Assembly (NCBI GenBank): GCA_964016885.1
Contig: OZ024742.1
Location: 10,292,001-10,356,000, forward strand
Source: Eledone cirrhosa
Taxonomy: Eukaryota
Length of the DNA: 64,000 nt
Direction of reading: 5' to 3'
A program made the translations under genes and the position numbers. The first letter of the stretch is position 1, and every line of letters begins with the position of its first letter. Shown piece after piece: positions 29,894 to 42,239 of this stretch. The notes under the pieces are model-generated. The model was not told where the DNA came from. It searched no databases and saw only the letters and a program-made list of their open reading frames with translations.

Positions 29894-29925
<32 letters not shown>

Positions 29926-30290
29926 GACATACTTATTTACACATATACACATACATATAGACATACTTATTTACACATATACACATACATACATACATAC
30001 ATACATATAGACATACTTATTTACACATATACACATACATACATACATACATACATATAGACATACTTATTTACACATATACACATACATACATACATAC
30101 ATATAGACATACTTATTTACACATATACACATACATACATACATACATATAGACATACTTATTTACACATATACACATACATACATACATACATACATAT
30201 AGACATACTTATTTACACATATACACATACATACATACATACATACATATAGACATACTTATTTACACATTTACACATGTACACATACAT
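29500..30290. repeat. Variable-length minisatellite atagacatacttatttacacatatacac(atac)n
   Basis: Direct inspection. Confidence 0.9.
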
Positions 30291-30519
30291 AAACACAACT
30301 CACACTCATCGAACGAACATGAGCAATCTGCCCAACGACCGTTTGATTTGCTAGTAATAGCAGCTAAATGTTAAGTCAGAAGCTACTAATGTCTTAAAGA
30401 AATGTTTATATATATTGTAAGATGGAGTCCGGTAATATTAGTGGAGGTGGTGGTCACGGATGAAGCGTCTTTCATGCTACATCTTGTCGATAACGACTGG
30501 CCTGGCGCCTTACACTTAA

Positions 30520-31270
30520 TGGTGTTGGTGGTAGTAGTAGTGTTGGTGGTAGTAGTGGTGTTGGTGGTAGTAGTGGTGGTGGTAGTAGTGGAGTTGGTGG
30601 TAGTAGTGGTGGTGGTTGTAGTAGTGGTGGTGGTGGTGGTGGTAGTAGTGGTGTTGGTGGTAGTAGTGGTGTTGGTGGTAGTAGTGGTGGTGGTGGTGGT
30701 GGTAGTAGTGGTGTTGGTGGTAGTAGTGGTGTTGGTGGTAGTAGTGGTGTTGGTGGTAGTAGTGGTGTTGGTGGTAGTAGTGGTGGTGGTGGTGGTGGTA
30801 GTAGTGGTGTTGGTGGTAGTAGTGGTGTTGGTGGTAGTAGTGGTGGTGGTGGTGGTGGTAGTAGTGGTGTTGGTGGTAGTAGTGGTGTTGGTGGTAGTAG
30901 TGGTGGTGGTTGTAGTAGTGGTGGTGGTGGTGGTGGTAGTAGTGGTGTTGGTGGTAGTAGTGGTGTTGGTGGTGGTGGTAGTAGTGGTGTTGGTGGTAGT
31001 AGTGGTGTTGGTGGTAGTAGTGGTGTTGGTGGTAGTAGTGGTGGTGGTGGTGGTGGTAGTGGTGGTGGTGGTAGTAGTGGTGGTGGTGGTAGTAGTGGTG
31101 TTGGTGGTAGTAGTGGTGGTGGTGGTAGTAGTGGTGTTGGTGGTAGTAGTGGTGGTGGTGGTGGTGGTAGTAGTGGTGTTGGTGGTAGTAGTGGTGGTGG
31201 TTGTAGTAGTAGCAGCAACAGTAGTAGTAGTGACAGCAGCAAGAGATGCTGTAGTAGTGGTAGTGACGGC
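30520..31270. repeat. Compound (GTG/GTA/TTG)n trinucleotide repeat
   Basis: Direct inspection. Gives poly-V/T/P/H ORFs in several frames. Confidence 0.95.
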
Positions 31271-31322
31271 AATAGTAGCGCCCAAATACTAACAGACTAG
31301 CAGAGAGAGAGAGGGAGAGGGG

Positions 31323-31370
<48 letters not shown>

Positions 31371-31484
31371 TCTTGAATGTGTGTTAGGTTGGTTCAATGT
31401 AGTTGTGTATTGGATGCTGAGAGGATTGTAAACCGTCATACTGAAGATAGATTCCTTAGTTTCGTACCGTTACTATATCTACAC

Positions 31485-31532
<48 letters not shown>

Positions 31533-31533
<1 letters not shown>

Positions 31534-31669
31534 TAGAGTTACGACCCTTGTCATTCTGAGTTCAAATCTCGCCGAGGTTAACTTTGCCTTTCATCCTTAC
31601 GGGGTCGATAAAATAAAGTACCAGTAATACATTGGATAATTGCTGGCCTTGTGCCAAAAGTAGAAACAG

Positions 31670-31675
<6 letters not shown>
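31533..31675 (+). mobile_element. Dominant SINE, 5'-truncated
   Basis: B box and core. Confidence 0.85.
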
Positions 31676-31710
<35 letters not shown>

Positions 31711-31724
31711 CATATATATAAATG

Positions 31725-32067
31725 TAGGTGAGAAATATTGCAGGACAATAAAACTATGCATATATCAGATAAGTAGCACTCAACAGTTGGTAGAACTGGA
31801 GTATATATAAAGAAATTAAAAGATGGTTAAAAAAGTTCCGTATATTTTATGCGCATTTCGAAAACAACATCACCCTGGGACAAAAATTGTGTTCTCATCA
31901 GATAAAATAAGGCCTAAAAACACCTGTGGACAAGAAAGTGTTCAGTCAACATATCATGTTACTTTATTTTATCTGATGAGAACACAATTTTTGGCCCAGG
32001 ATGATGATGTTTTCGAAATGCGCATAATAAAATATACGGAACTTTTTTAACCATCTTTTAATTTCTT

Positions 32068-32072
<5 letters not shown>
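31725..32072. mobile_element. Family D fold-back element (opposite orientation) with hammerhead at 31965-32034 (+)
   Basis: tattttat-CTGATGA(31973)-gaac...ttttc-GAAA(32015)-tgcgca-TA-ataaaata. Inverted arm about 31805-31910. gcactc tail on the left. Confidence 0.8.
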
Positions 32073-32128
<56 letters not shown>

Positions 32129-32172
32129 AATAAACGAAATAAAACAAACACAAGAATGCAAAAATACATATC

Positions 32173-32340
32173 AATATTATCGGTAGAGGGTCGGATGCCA
32201 TGCTTTGTGGCATTGAGTTACGGCTCTTTACGGTCTGAGTTGAAATCCCGTCGAGGTTAACTTTGCCTTTCATCCTTACGGGATCGATAAAATAAAGTAC
32301 CAGTAATGTACTGAATAATTGCTGGCCTTGTGCCAAAAAT
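32173..32340 (+). mobile_element. Dominant SINE
   Basis: atcggtagagggtcgg head and core. Confidence 0.85.
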
Positions 32341-32480
32341 CGCAGCAATATTAGGTTAACGCTTATAAGTGTTGTGTGTGTGTGACTACAGTTACAGGCG
32401 GTTCGTCCTTCCAAGCACTCGATGCTGTTATAAGGTGCGTTTCAGTTGCATTTCAATGTGTCTTTGCACATATAAACTCG

Positions 32481-32557
32481 CATATCTGATGAGATGTCGA
32501 GCCCCGGATATTATCATTAAACCCTGAACTGATCGATATTGAAATGATTGTAATATG
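32481..32557 (+). ncRNA. Minimal type I hammerhead ribozyme (distinct family; element about 32345-32568)
   Basis: catat-CTGATGA(32486)-gatgtcga...tcgatatt-GAAA(32541)-tgattg-TA-atatg. gcactc motif at about 32415, then (TA)n downstream. Confidence 0.65.
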
Positions 32558-32564
32558 ACCATAA

Positions 32565-32653
<89 letters not shown>

Positions 32654-32656
<3 letters not shown>

Positions 32657-32946
32657 AGTGATGTATCGGAACTCTATTGTGTGTTACAATTGTTTCCCCG
32701 GCGAACAGCTCGAGGTGCGATCTGTGTGTGGATCTACCTGACGCTAGTCTCGCACATTCCTAGTCTAGCGCCAGGTCGATCCACACACAGATCGCACCTC
32801 GAGCTGTTCGCCGGGGAAACAATTGTAACACACAATAGAGTTCCGATGCATCACTGATTTTTCGTTTTCCATTCTATAATACTCTTCTCCGTAGGAGCAT
32901 AGAGTGCTCAACCGGCATACCGCCTATGGAAGCATCTTAACTACCG

Positions 32947-32948
<2 letters not shown>
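32654..32948 (+). mobile_element. Fold-back element family E (arms about 94 bp) plus tail
   Basis: Arms 32654-32747 / 32765-32858. GAAA-caattg-TA half-hammerhead, gagtgc in tail, then (TA)n. Confidence 0.7.
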
Positions 32949-33005
<57 letters not shown>

Positions 33006-33011
<6 letters not shown>

Positions 33012-33129
33012 TACGATCTGAGTTCAATTCCCGCCGGGGTTGACTTTGCCTTTCATCCTTACGGGGTAGATAAAATAAAGTACCAGTAATTCACTGAGTA
33101 ATTTCTAGCCTTGTGCCTAAAGTAGAAAC

Positions 33130-33135
<6 letters not shown>
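33006..33135 (+). mobile_element. Dominant SINE, 5'-truncated, inside (TA)n
   Basis: B box and core. Confidence 0.85.
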
Positions 33136-33179
<44 letters not shown>

Positions 33180-33182
<3 letters not shown>

Positions 33183-33438
33183 GAGGTTATATTTAATTTG
33201 TTGGGATTCAACAAGCTTAAACATTTTTTATAACTGATATAAAGCACTCAATATCAGGAAGCTATCACTATCCAGGAAGCTCCAACCGTTAAGGTTGTCT
33301 CTTTTCCGGGTATGCCAATATTTATTTATAAAACAAATCTGTATTTTATCTGATGAAAGCGCACCATAATTTGCCTTGGTTGCCCTTGAAATATGTATAA
33401 TAAAATAAATATGGTTTTATAAATATAGTTTCCATTTA

Positions 33439-33445
<7 letters not shown>
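33180..33445 (+). mobile_element. Family C element with hammerhead at 33342-33407
   Basis: Inverted 3' tail (aaagcactcaa) joined to tattttat-CTGATGA(33350)...GAAA(33388)-tatgta-TA-ataaaata. TA on both sides. Confidence 0.78.
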
Positions 33446-33482
<37 letters not shown>

Positions 33483-33487
<5 letters not shown>

Positions 33488-33560
33488 CCCACTCTACTAC
33501 CCTAAGTATTGAGTACTCTGGTGTGTTATGGTCCACCTGGTTCCTTACCACACTTCGTTA
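33483..33560 (+). mobile_element. Family B tail only
   Basis: cccactctactaccctaagtattgagtactctggtgtgttatggtccacctggttccttaccacac. Confidence 0.7.
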
Positions 33561-33625
33561 TATATATATATAGAGAGAGAGAGAAGGTTAGGTTGGTAGA
33601 TAGACAGATAGAATGGGTTGTTCTA

Positions 33626-33720
33626 TAATTGTTTCTACTTTTGGTACAAGGCCAGCAACTACCCAAGTGTATTACTGGTACTTTATTTTATCGACCTCGT
33701 AAGGATGAACGGCAAAGTTT
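33626..33720 (-). mobile_element. Dominant SINE, 3' part
   Basis: Reverse-complement core and tail. Confidence 0.8.
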
Positions 33721-34225
33721 AGGGGATGTTTCGCTTTAGGTAAATGCAGTGCCAGACAAGAGAAATCACGTGGTCACAGGTTCCGTACTACATGGTCCGT
33801 GTCAATGTAGGTTTCTGTCTGTGTTTTACTATTTGTTTGTGTCTTGTAACATTGCACTTCGACAAATAGCGATCGATAAAATAAGTACCAAACTTGAAAG
33901 AACACACATACAAATGCACCCACCCACCCCGAACCACACTCACATACACACAAGTACTGGTATCGATATGATCGACTAAATTGCTTTAATATGTTGCCCC
34001 AGCCTGGCCGTGGTCTAATGAATGAAACTAGTAAAAGAATAAAAGATAATAAAGTAAAAGAGAAAAAGAGCTTGTCACCCTGTCGCCTCCCCCTCTCTTC
34101 CGTTGTCTAACAGTCCTTGCTCTTTCCCTCCTTTTCTTCTCATTCGTGGCATTTATAGTACTTTCCTTTATTTTCCTATACAGCCAGATCTGACCTTCTT
34201 CAAACCTTCATCTAATTTTTTTTCA

Positions 34226-34340
34226 TTCAAATCCCGCCGAGGTTAACTTTGTCTTTCATCCTTACGGGGTCGATAAAATAAAGTACCAGTAATACACTGG
34301 GTAATTGCTGGCCTTGTGCCAAATGTAGAAACAATTATTT
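34226..34340 (+). mobile_element. Dominant SINE, 5'-truncated
   Basis: B box remnant, core and tail. Confidence 0.85.
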
Positions 34341-34584
34341 ATATAATTAATTATAAAAACTTAATAAATTATAAAAAGAAACTGAAGGAAACGTGCTTCT
34401 CTTATGGCAACCTTAGGCAAGTTTCTTACTTCTGGGATTCATTCATATATGACTGCCACGACTTGTTGAACAAATGTATTATTAGTGTGTGTGGTAATTG
34501 GTTATTGAAAGACTGTTGTGAGGTGGGTGGGGTGAGTGAGAGTATGTTGGGTAGTGGGGGGAGGTTAGTTTGTTGGGTGGTGGG

Positions 34585-34735
34585 ACGGTGGGATAGCGTC
34601 TGTTCGGGGTGGGAGCGGTAGGGGAGCGTCTGTTCGGGGGTGGGAGCAGTGTTATAGCGTCTGTTCGGGGTGGGAGCGGTGGGGGAGGGGCTTCTGTTCG
34701 GGGGTAGGTGCAGTGGGGATAGTGTCTGTTAGGAG
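34585..34735. repeat. Degenerate G-rich tandem repeat of about 30 bp
   Basis: agcgtctgttcggggtgggagcggt x4-5. Confidence 0.7.
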
Positions 34736-35790
34736 ATGGGTGCGGTGGGTGAGCAGGTTGTAGAAATATAAAATTACAAATAAATCATCAGAAAAAAAAA
34801 TGTTATTTTTCAAATCAATAATATTCAGTCGATCGATAAAACACACACAAAAAAAACAAAAACAAAACAATCGAAAAGTGAAGATTTATAACGGGTACTT
34901 TTTATTTTATTTCTTTTGTCTCATTTTCATTCACCTCCATTTTATTGTCTGCATTTTAAACACTTGAAGCTAAACCTCATAAAATACAGAACATAAAGGA
35001 AATATACTGAAGGTTTATAAAATAAAACATTTTTTGTACTAGCGCCACCCTCAGAATATATCTCCTACCCCATCTTAAGACAATATAGCTCGAAATAATT
35101 TATTTCAATCTCCAAAACAGACGATCACCCCCAAAACACACATATAATAAATTAATATAAATACGACCATATTTCAATTACCGTCTACACAGGAATATAA
35201 GTCGAATCTATTTTGTTTGAGAAATGGACGGAAATCTCAACCCATTTATAAGCTAATCAACACATTCTTTAAATAGCGTATATAAGCTATTTTACCATCG
35301 ATGTTTTGGTTCCATATTCCTCGACTTGTAATCAAGAATATGTGGTAACTAATGGAGAATTTGGTGGAATTTAATAAATGTATTGTTTAATTGTTGGGTG
35401 ATAACAAAAGGTTGGATGATTGTAATTTAATTTGGAGCGGGTTTGTATGAAAAGTAGAGAACTACGGTAAGATTTAATTCTTTGAAGGTTCAAACATAAA
35501 TGTTTATCATGGATTGAGGGAATATTTAAGAGTAACACCTATAGTTTTGTTTTTAAGCTCAGGACATAATTACTTTGATTTGAAAAGTGGAGCAAAGTAA
35601 AAGGAAAATAGTGAATTTGGAGTGTCAATCCTTTGTGATTTTTTTTTTCCAATACCGGACTTACAGTTTTCCAGGATTTATACTCGTTTTTTTTTTCCTT
35701 CAAAAGGATGGAGGCGTTTTATCTCCTCATGAAACTGACATTACTTAATGATGTTCGTCATCTATGGCTTATTTATATGTATTATTTCAT

Positions 35791-36162
35791 GATTGGCAGT
35801 ATCGGTAGAGGGTCGGACGCCATGCTTTCCAGCATAGTTACGTCCCTTTGCGGTCTGAGTTCAAATCCCACCGAGGTTAACTTTGCCTTTCATCCTTACG
35901 GGGTCGATAAAATAAAGTACCAGTAATGCACTGGGTAATTGATGGCCTTGTGCCAAAAGTAGAAACAATTATTTCATGCATTGGCAGTATCGGTAGAGGG
36001 TCGGACGCCATGCTTTCCAGCATAGTTACGTCCCTTTACGATCCGAGTTCAAATCCTGCCGAGGTTGACTTTACCTTTCATCCTTACGGGGTCGATAAAA
36101 TAAAGTACCAGTAATGTACTGGGTAATTGCTGGCCTTGTGCCTAACGTAGAAACAATTATTT
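35791..36162 (+). mobile_element. Head-to-tail dimer of the dominant SINE
   Basis: Two near-complete copies, 35791-35973 and 35980-36162, each preceded by ttatttcatg. Confidence 0.9.
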
Positions 36163-36637
36163 CATAACTCTATAGAATGTTTGTGCAGTGTCTGTGTCCA
36201 GCCAGGTTTGTACAACAGGTAAGAAAAATGATGATTCGGTGACGGTTTCTTCTGATAGGAGCCTCTTCCACGTCGGAAGATCGAAGTGTGTTTTCTTGTC
36301 TTCTTCAATACTTTTATAAACGGCTTCGGAGATTTAAAATTTGTTTCAATTGGTGCTTCCATTTCCACACGGTTCTATTGTCTTATTTACAAAAATATAT
36401 ATTTCTATATATTTCTTTATTTATTTCTCTTCTTTTAGTATAATATAGCGAGTTGTCACCAGTGATGTTTGAAGTTCCTTGGAGTTGGTCAGAGTATCGC
36501 TTAAAGCTTTCTTTGTAGCGCCTATCCTTTAATTTATCTTTTTCAAAACAATTAGATTTGACAGCGTTTGAACTAAACATTTTGAGAGAGTTTAGAGATA
36601 CAACATAATTATTTTGGTGTTATTATTGTTGTTGTTA

Positions 36638-36826
36638 GCGGTGGATTGGCAGTATCGGTAGAGGGTCGGACGCCATGCTTTCCAGCATAGTTATGTCCCT
36701 TTGCGATCTGAGTTCAAATCCCGCCGAGGTTGACTTTGCCTTTCATCCTTACGGGGTCGATAAAATAAAGTACCAGTAATGCACTGGGTATTGCTGGCCT
36801 TGTGCCTAAAGTAGAAACAATTATTG
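36638..36826 (+). mobile_element. Dominant SINE, full length, with probable target duplication
   Basis: A/B boxes and core. ttattgttgttgttagc occurs on both sides. Confidence 0.9.
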
Positions 36827-37401
36827 TTGTTGTTAGCTGTTTGACCGAGTCACTAACCCAGTCTATTTATATCTTTTGATACCTTGCTCGCTTCCCTTCA
36901 TGCATAGCGACATCACCACCCCTCTCTCAAGCAGTGAGGGAACAGTGGCGGCAGCGACGATGCAGCGGCGGCAGTGGTGCTGGGACAGCAGCGGCGGCGG
37001 TGGTGATGGGACAGCTGCGCCATAGAGATGGTGCTGGTCTGTATTTGGCTAGATTTTTTTGTGGTAGTGGTGATGGTGATGTGGCGGCGGCGGTGGTGGT
37101 GGTGCTGGTGGTAAAGTTATTTGGCTGTTATTTTCTAGCCATTTTCTTTTCTGACTATAAGATTTCTGGTACAAAATTAAATATTAAATTAAATATTACA
37201 TATTGGAGCCCTATGCTGCAATGTGATGCGTTGCCACTTCCTGAGAGTTAAGACTGATATCTTACGTTTCATTTGTAATAAGAATTATTCTATCACAATT
37301 GTTTTAAATAAGTAAAAAATCAAAAACATACGGGAGCGATTATCCACACTTGATACATGAGACAGAAGAGAGTTGAAGATCTGAACAGGGCCGGACTTTC
37401 A

Positions 37402-37974
37402 CCTACTGAAGCCTTGACCTATATCATTGTGAAGCCCTCTACTGAAGCCTTGACCTATATCATTGTGAGGCCCTCTACTGAAGTATTGACCTATATCATT
37501 GTGAGGCCCTCTACTGAAGCCTTGACCTATATCATTGTGAAGCCCTCTACTGAAGCATTGACCTATATCATTGTGAGGCCCTCTACTGAAGCCCTGACCT
37601 ATATCATCGAGGCCCTCTACTGAAGCCTTGACCTATATCATGTGAAGCCCTCTACTGAAGCCTTGACCTATATCATTGTGAGGCCCTCTACTGAAGCCTT
37701 GACCTATATCATTGTGAGGCCCTCTACTGAAGCCTTGACCTATATCATTGTGAGGCCCTCTACTGAAGCCTTGACCTATATCATTGTGAGGCCCTCTACT
37801 GAAGCCTTGACCTATATCATTGTGAGGCCCTCTACTGAAGCCTTGACCTATATCGTGTGAGGCCCTCTACTGAAGCCTTGACCTATATCATTGTGAGGCC
37901 CTCTACTGAAGCCTTGACCTATATCATTGTGAGGCCCTCTACTGAAGCCTTGACCTATATCATTGTGAGGCCCT
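37402..37974. repeat. 36-bp minisatellite, about 16 copies
   Basis: cctctactgaagccttgacctatatcattgtgaggc, with no spacers. Confidence 0.95.
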
Positions 37975-38049
37975 TCTCAAGAAAGAATTCGAGGACATTG
38001 TTAAAAATATTTATACATGATTATTAATGTTAATAGTAAAGAAGAAATA

Positions 38050-38170
38050 ATAATTTTCTACTTTTTGGCACAAGGCAAGCAATTATCCCAGTGCGTGACT
38101 GGCACTTTATTTTATCGACCCCATGAGGATGAAAGGCAAAGTTAACCTCGGCGGGATTTGAAGTCAGAAT
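38050..38170 (-). mobile_element. Dominant SINE, partial
   Basis: Reverse-complement core. Confidence 0.8.
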
Positions 38171-38227
38171 GAATAATAATAATGATGATGTGTATGTGTG
38201 TAATCTTTTTATTATTTAGTTTTAAAA

Positions 38228-38419
38228 GGCGGTGGATTGGCAGTATCGGTAGAGGGTCGGACGCCATGCTTTGCAGCACAGTTACGTCCCTTTACGGATT
38301 GAGTTCAAATCCTGCCGAGGTTAACATTGCCTTTCATCCTTACGGGGTCGATAAAATAAAGTACCAGCAATACACTGAGATAATTGCTGGCCTTGTGCCA
38401 AAAGTAGAAACAATTATTT
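38228..38419 (+). mobile_element. Dominant SINE, full length, with probable TSD (ttatttagttttaaa)
   Basis: A/B boxes, core and flanking direct repeat. Confidence 0.9.
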
Positions 38420-38870
38420 AGTTTTAAAGTATAAAATCTATATTAAAAAAAACGACTCTTACAAGAGTGTGAGGCCCTAAACTATAACTTATAGGTAGGT
38501 ATGTCCAGCACTGTCTGTGATATTATGCCATGTAAGTAAACAGGTGTTGACATTACCAGTACGACTACCAAAGAGGTGTGGAAAGTAGAACCAGCTTATA
38601 CACAGCTGGCTGACCTAAAGCAGAACCTCATATGTTAGAAACAATTTAGAAATATCGTAATTTTTCAGGAAAAAAAACTCTTTAAAAATAGAATTCTTTA
38701 CAGAATGTTTCCCAAAGTAAGTTCCAATAAACTCCAGGGAACTGCCCCAAAATGTAGTTTTGTGCCATACAAAACATCTTTGAATAAAACTTGATTTTTA
38801 AAATGTTTCTTTTATATGAAGACGTGTGGCCACGGCTTGTTTTTGTTTATATAAATTGCCCTATGAACAG

Positions 38871-38920
<50 letters not shown>

Positions 38921-39043
38921 TATATAATATATATATAATATATATACATATAAGCAATGAGTTATTTAATTTATTTAATTCAAAATGAACTCACAGCATT
39001 AAGTTCTTGTCTGAATATGTCACTATCTGTAAACCAACTTTTG

Positions 39044-39104
39044 TATTTTATCTGATGAGAGCGTACCAAAATATTGGTACACTTGAAATATATATAATAA
39101 AATA
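39044..39104 (+). ncRNA. Minimal type I hammerhead, family C variant
   Basis: tattttat-CTGATGA(39052)-gagc gtaccaa aata ttggtac actt-GAAA(39085)-tatata-TA-ataaaata. Confidence 0.78.
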
Positions 39105-39149
39105 AATATGGTTTTATAAAGATAGCTTCCATTTATTAATATTATTGAC

Positions 39150-39198
<49 letters not shown>

Positions 39199-39574
39199 TA
39201 CTTATTATTGGATGGCCGTTGACTCTTCTTACAACAACTTCCCATTGCCAGATTTTGTTTTTTTATCCCGCACTATGTCCAAAAATCTCCACTCCCCATC
39301 GAGCAGGTGTGTTGGAGTTTACCTGTTTATTAGTAGCAAACATCCTGGACATGCAGAGGTTGTACTGACTTACCAGTCACAGTTCTCTCTATGAAATCTC
39401 CCCCCACCCACCCCCACACACACACATACAGGTGCAGGCGTACCTGTAAAGTTAAGTTCACTTAGCAATCACATGGTTTCAAATTCAAACAAACTGTTCG
39501 GTATCATAGACGAGTGTCAAAAAATAAATCCTCTCTAAGTGGCATTTATTTGGTAGCCCGTAGAGTACATCATG

Positions 39575-39920
39575 TGTGTATGTGTGTACAAGTGTATATG
39601 TGTGTACAAGTGTATATGTGTGTACAAGAGTGTATGTGTGTACAAGAGTGTGTATGTGTGTACAAGAGTGTGTATGTGTGTACAAGAGTGTATGTGTGTA
39701 CAAGAGTGTGTATGTGTGTACAAGAGTGTGTATGTGTGTACAAGAGTGTGTATGAGTGTACAAGAGTGTGTGCAAGTGTGTACAAGTGTGTATGTGTACA
39801 AGCGTGTGTGTACAAGTGTGTATGTGTGTACAAGAGTGTGTATGCGTGTACAAGAGTGTGTATGCGTGTACAAGAGTGTGTATGTGTGTACAAGTGTGTG
39901 TATGTGTACAAGTGTGTGAG
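39575..39920. repeat. 18-20-bp minisatellite (gtgtgtatgtgtgtacaaga)
   Basis: Direct inspection. Confidence 0.9.
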
Positions 39921-40249
39921 AATATATGTCTATAAACGTACACATTGCACTGACTAGTGGCAATCTAATATCAAAAATAAATAATTATATATGCTAATAT
40001 ATTTTCCCTAAACCCAGATGTATCTGGCGCAGATATGTAGGAAAGGTATCCACACACCTGGCCGTCATTAGCAGGAGAACCAGTTTTATTTTTATACTTG
40101 ATTTATCAGAGTTGAATCAGAATCTATGGCAGATACTTTCCCCGCTATATATCATGTAAATATGTAGATTTAACAGCTTCGTCTTCACAGTTTCAAATTA
40201 AGTATTAAGATTCCGATCGGAGCCATTACAACGTTGATAATAATAATAA

Positions 40250-40893
40250 ATACTTTATAAGTATAAGGAGAATATTTCTCCTTATACTTTATAAGTATAA
40301 GGAGAATATTTCTCCTTATTCTTTATAAGTATAAGGAGAATATTTCTCCTTATACTTTATAAGTATAAGGAGAATATTTCTCCTTATACTTTATAAGTAT
40401 AAGGAGAATATTTCTCCTTATACTTTATAAGAATAAGGAGAATATTTCTCCTTATACTTTATAAGTATAAGGAGAATATTTCTCCTAATACTTTATAAGA
40501 ATAAGGAGAATATTTCTCCTTATACTTTATAAGTATAAGGAGAATATTTCTCCTTATACTTTATAAGAATAAGGAGAATATTTCTCCTTATACTTTATAA
40601 GAATAAGGAGAATATTTCTCCTTATACTTTATAAGCATAAGGAGAATATTTCTCCTTATACTTTATAAGTATAAGGAGAATATTTCTCCTTATACTTTAT
40701 AAGTATAAGGAGAATATTTCTCCTTATACTTTATTAGTATAAGGAGAATATTTCTCCTTATACTTTATAAGTATAAGGAGAATATTTCTCCTTATACTTT
40801 ATTAGTATAAGGAGAATATTTCTCCTTATACTTTATAAGAATAAGGAGAATATTTCTCCTTATACTTTATAAGTATAAGGAGAATATTTCTCC
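40250..40893. repeat. 34-bp self-complementary minisatellite, about 19 copies
   Basis: Unit AAGTATAAGGAGAA-TAT-TTCTCCTTATACTT-TAT. Confidence 0.95.
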
Positions 40894-41642
40894 AAGCAAT
40901 GTTTATGAAATTACTCAATAAATAGAAAAACAAAATCTTATTCAGTTTTAGAACGATAACAAAATAATATATATGATCTTGAATGTATATATATCCTAAT
41001 GTATATATATCCTAATGTATATATATCCTAATGTATATATATCCTAATGTATATATATCCTAATGTATATATATCCTAATGTATATATATATGTCTGTAT
41101 GTATATATATCTGTATGTATATATATCTATGTATATATATATATATCTGTATATATATATATCTGTATGTATATATATCTGTATGTATATATATCTGTAT
41201 GTATATATATCTGTATGTATATATATCTGTATGTATATATGTCTGGATGTATATATGTTTGTATGTATGTATGTATATATGTATGTATGTATATATGTCT
41301 GTATGTATATCTGTATGTATATATGTCTATGTATATATATATCTGTATGTATATATGTCTGTATGTATGTTTGTATGTTTGTATGTATGTATATATGTAT
41401 GTATATATGTTTGTATGTATATATGTTTGTCTGTATATATGTTTGTATGCATATGTCTGTATGTATATATGTTTGTATGTATGTATATTCTCATAAATGA
41501 CATCTAAAATAAATTAAATATTTACGAGTAACATATATATATATATATACGTGTGTGTTTATATATATATATATATATATATAGGTGTGTGTTTATATAT
41601 ATCTGCATGTATGTGTGTGTTTATATATGTGTTTGTGTAAGT

Positions 41643-41712
<70 letters not shown>

Positions 41713-41757
41713 GTCTCTGTGTGTTTTAATATATATATGTATATATGTCTCTGTGTG

Positions 41758-41793
<36 letters not shown>

Positions 41794-41826
41794 TGTATGT
41801 TTATATATATATATATGTCTATATGT

Positions 41827-41874
<48 letters not shown>

Positions 41875-42208
41875 GTGAGTGTTTATATATATATGTGAGT
41901 GTATGTGTCTATATATATATATATATAATACTATATACGTTCACCTATACATATAGACAGACAGTTGGTTATATAGGCAACACATAAACAATGGAAAGAT
42001 GCACACACGGTGTATATAGTAAAGGAAGTTTGACTGTATATTTTAATGTGTATAATGTTTATACTGTGAGAAGCTTCCGTTCGGCTTTCTAAATATATCA
42101 CGAACATGTATGTTTGTATATACAACACTAACATGTATGTACGTATATATTTGTCTATGTAGATGTACACACATACACAGGCAAATATGCATACATACAC
42201 ACACACAC

Positions 42209-42234
<26 letters not shown>

Positions 42235-42239
<5 letters not shown>

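Noticed and set aside
30386-31439. Mucin-like poly-Thr, poly-Pro and poly-His ORFs
   Set aside because: Trinucleotide repeat open in several frames, with no signal peptide or splice evidence.
37402-37974. CRISPR-like 36-bp repeat (also the 34-bp arrays at 27856 and 40250)
   Set aside because: Units are contiguous with no unique spacers, there are no cas genes, and the context is eukaryotic.
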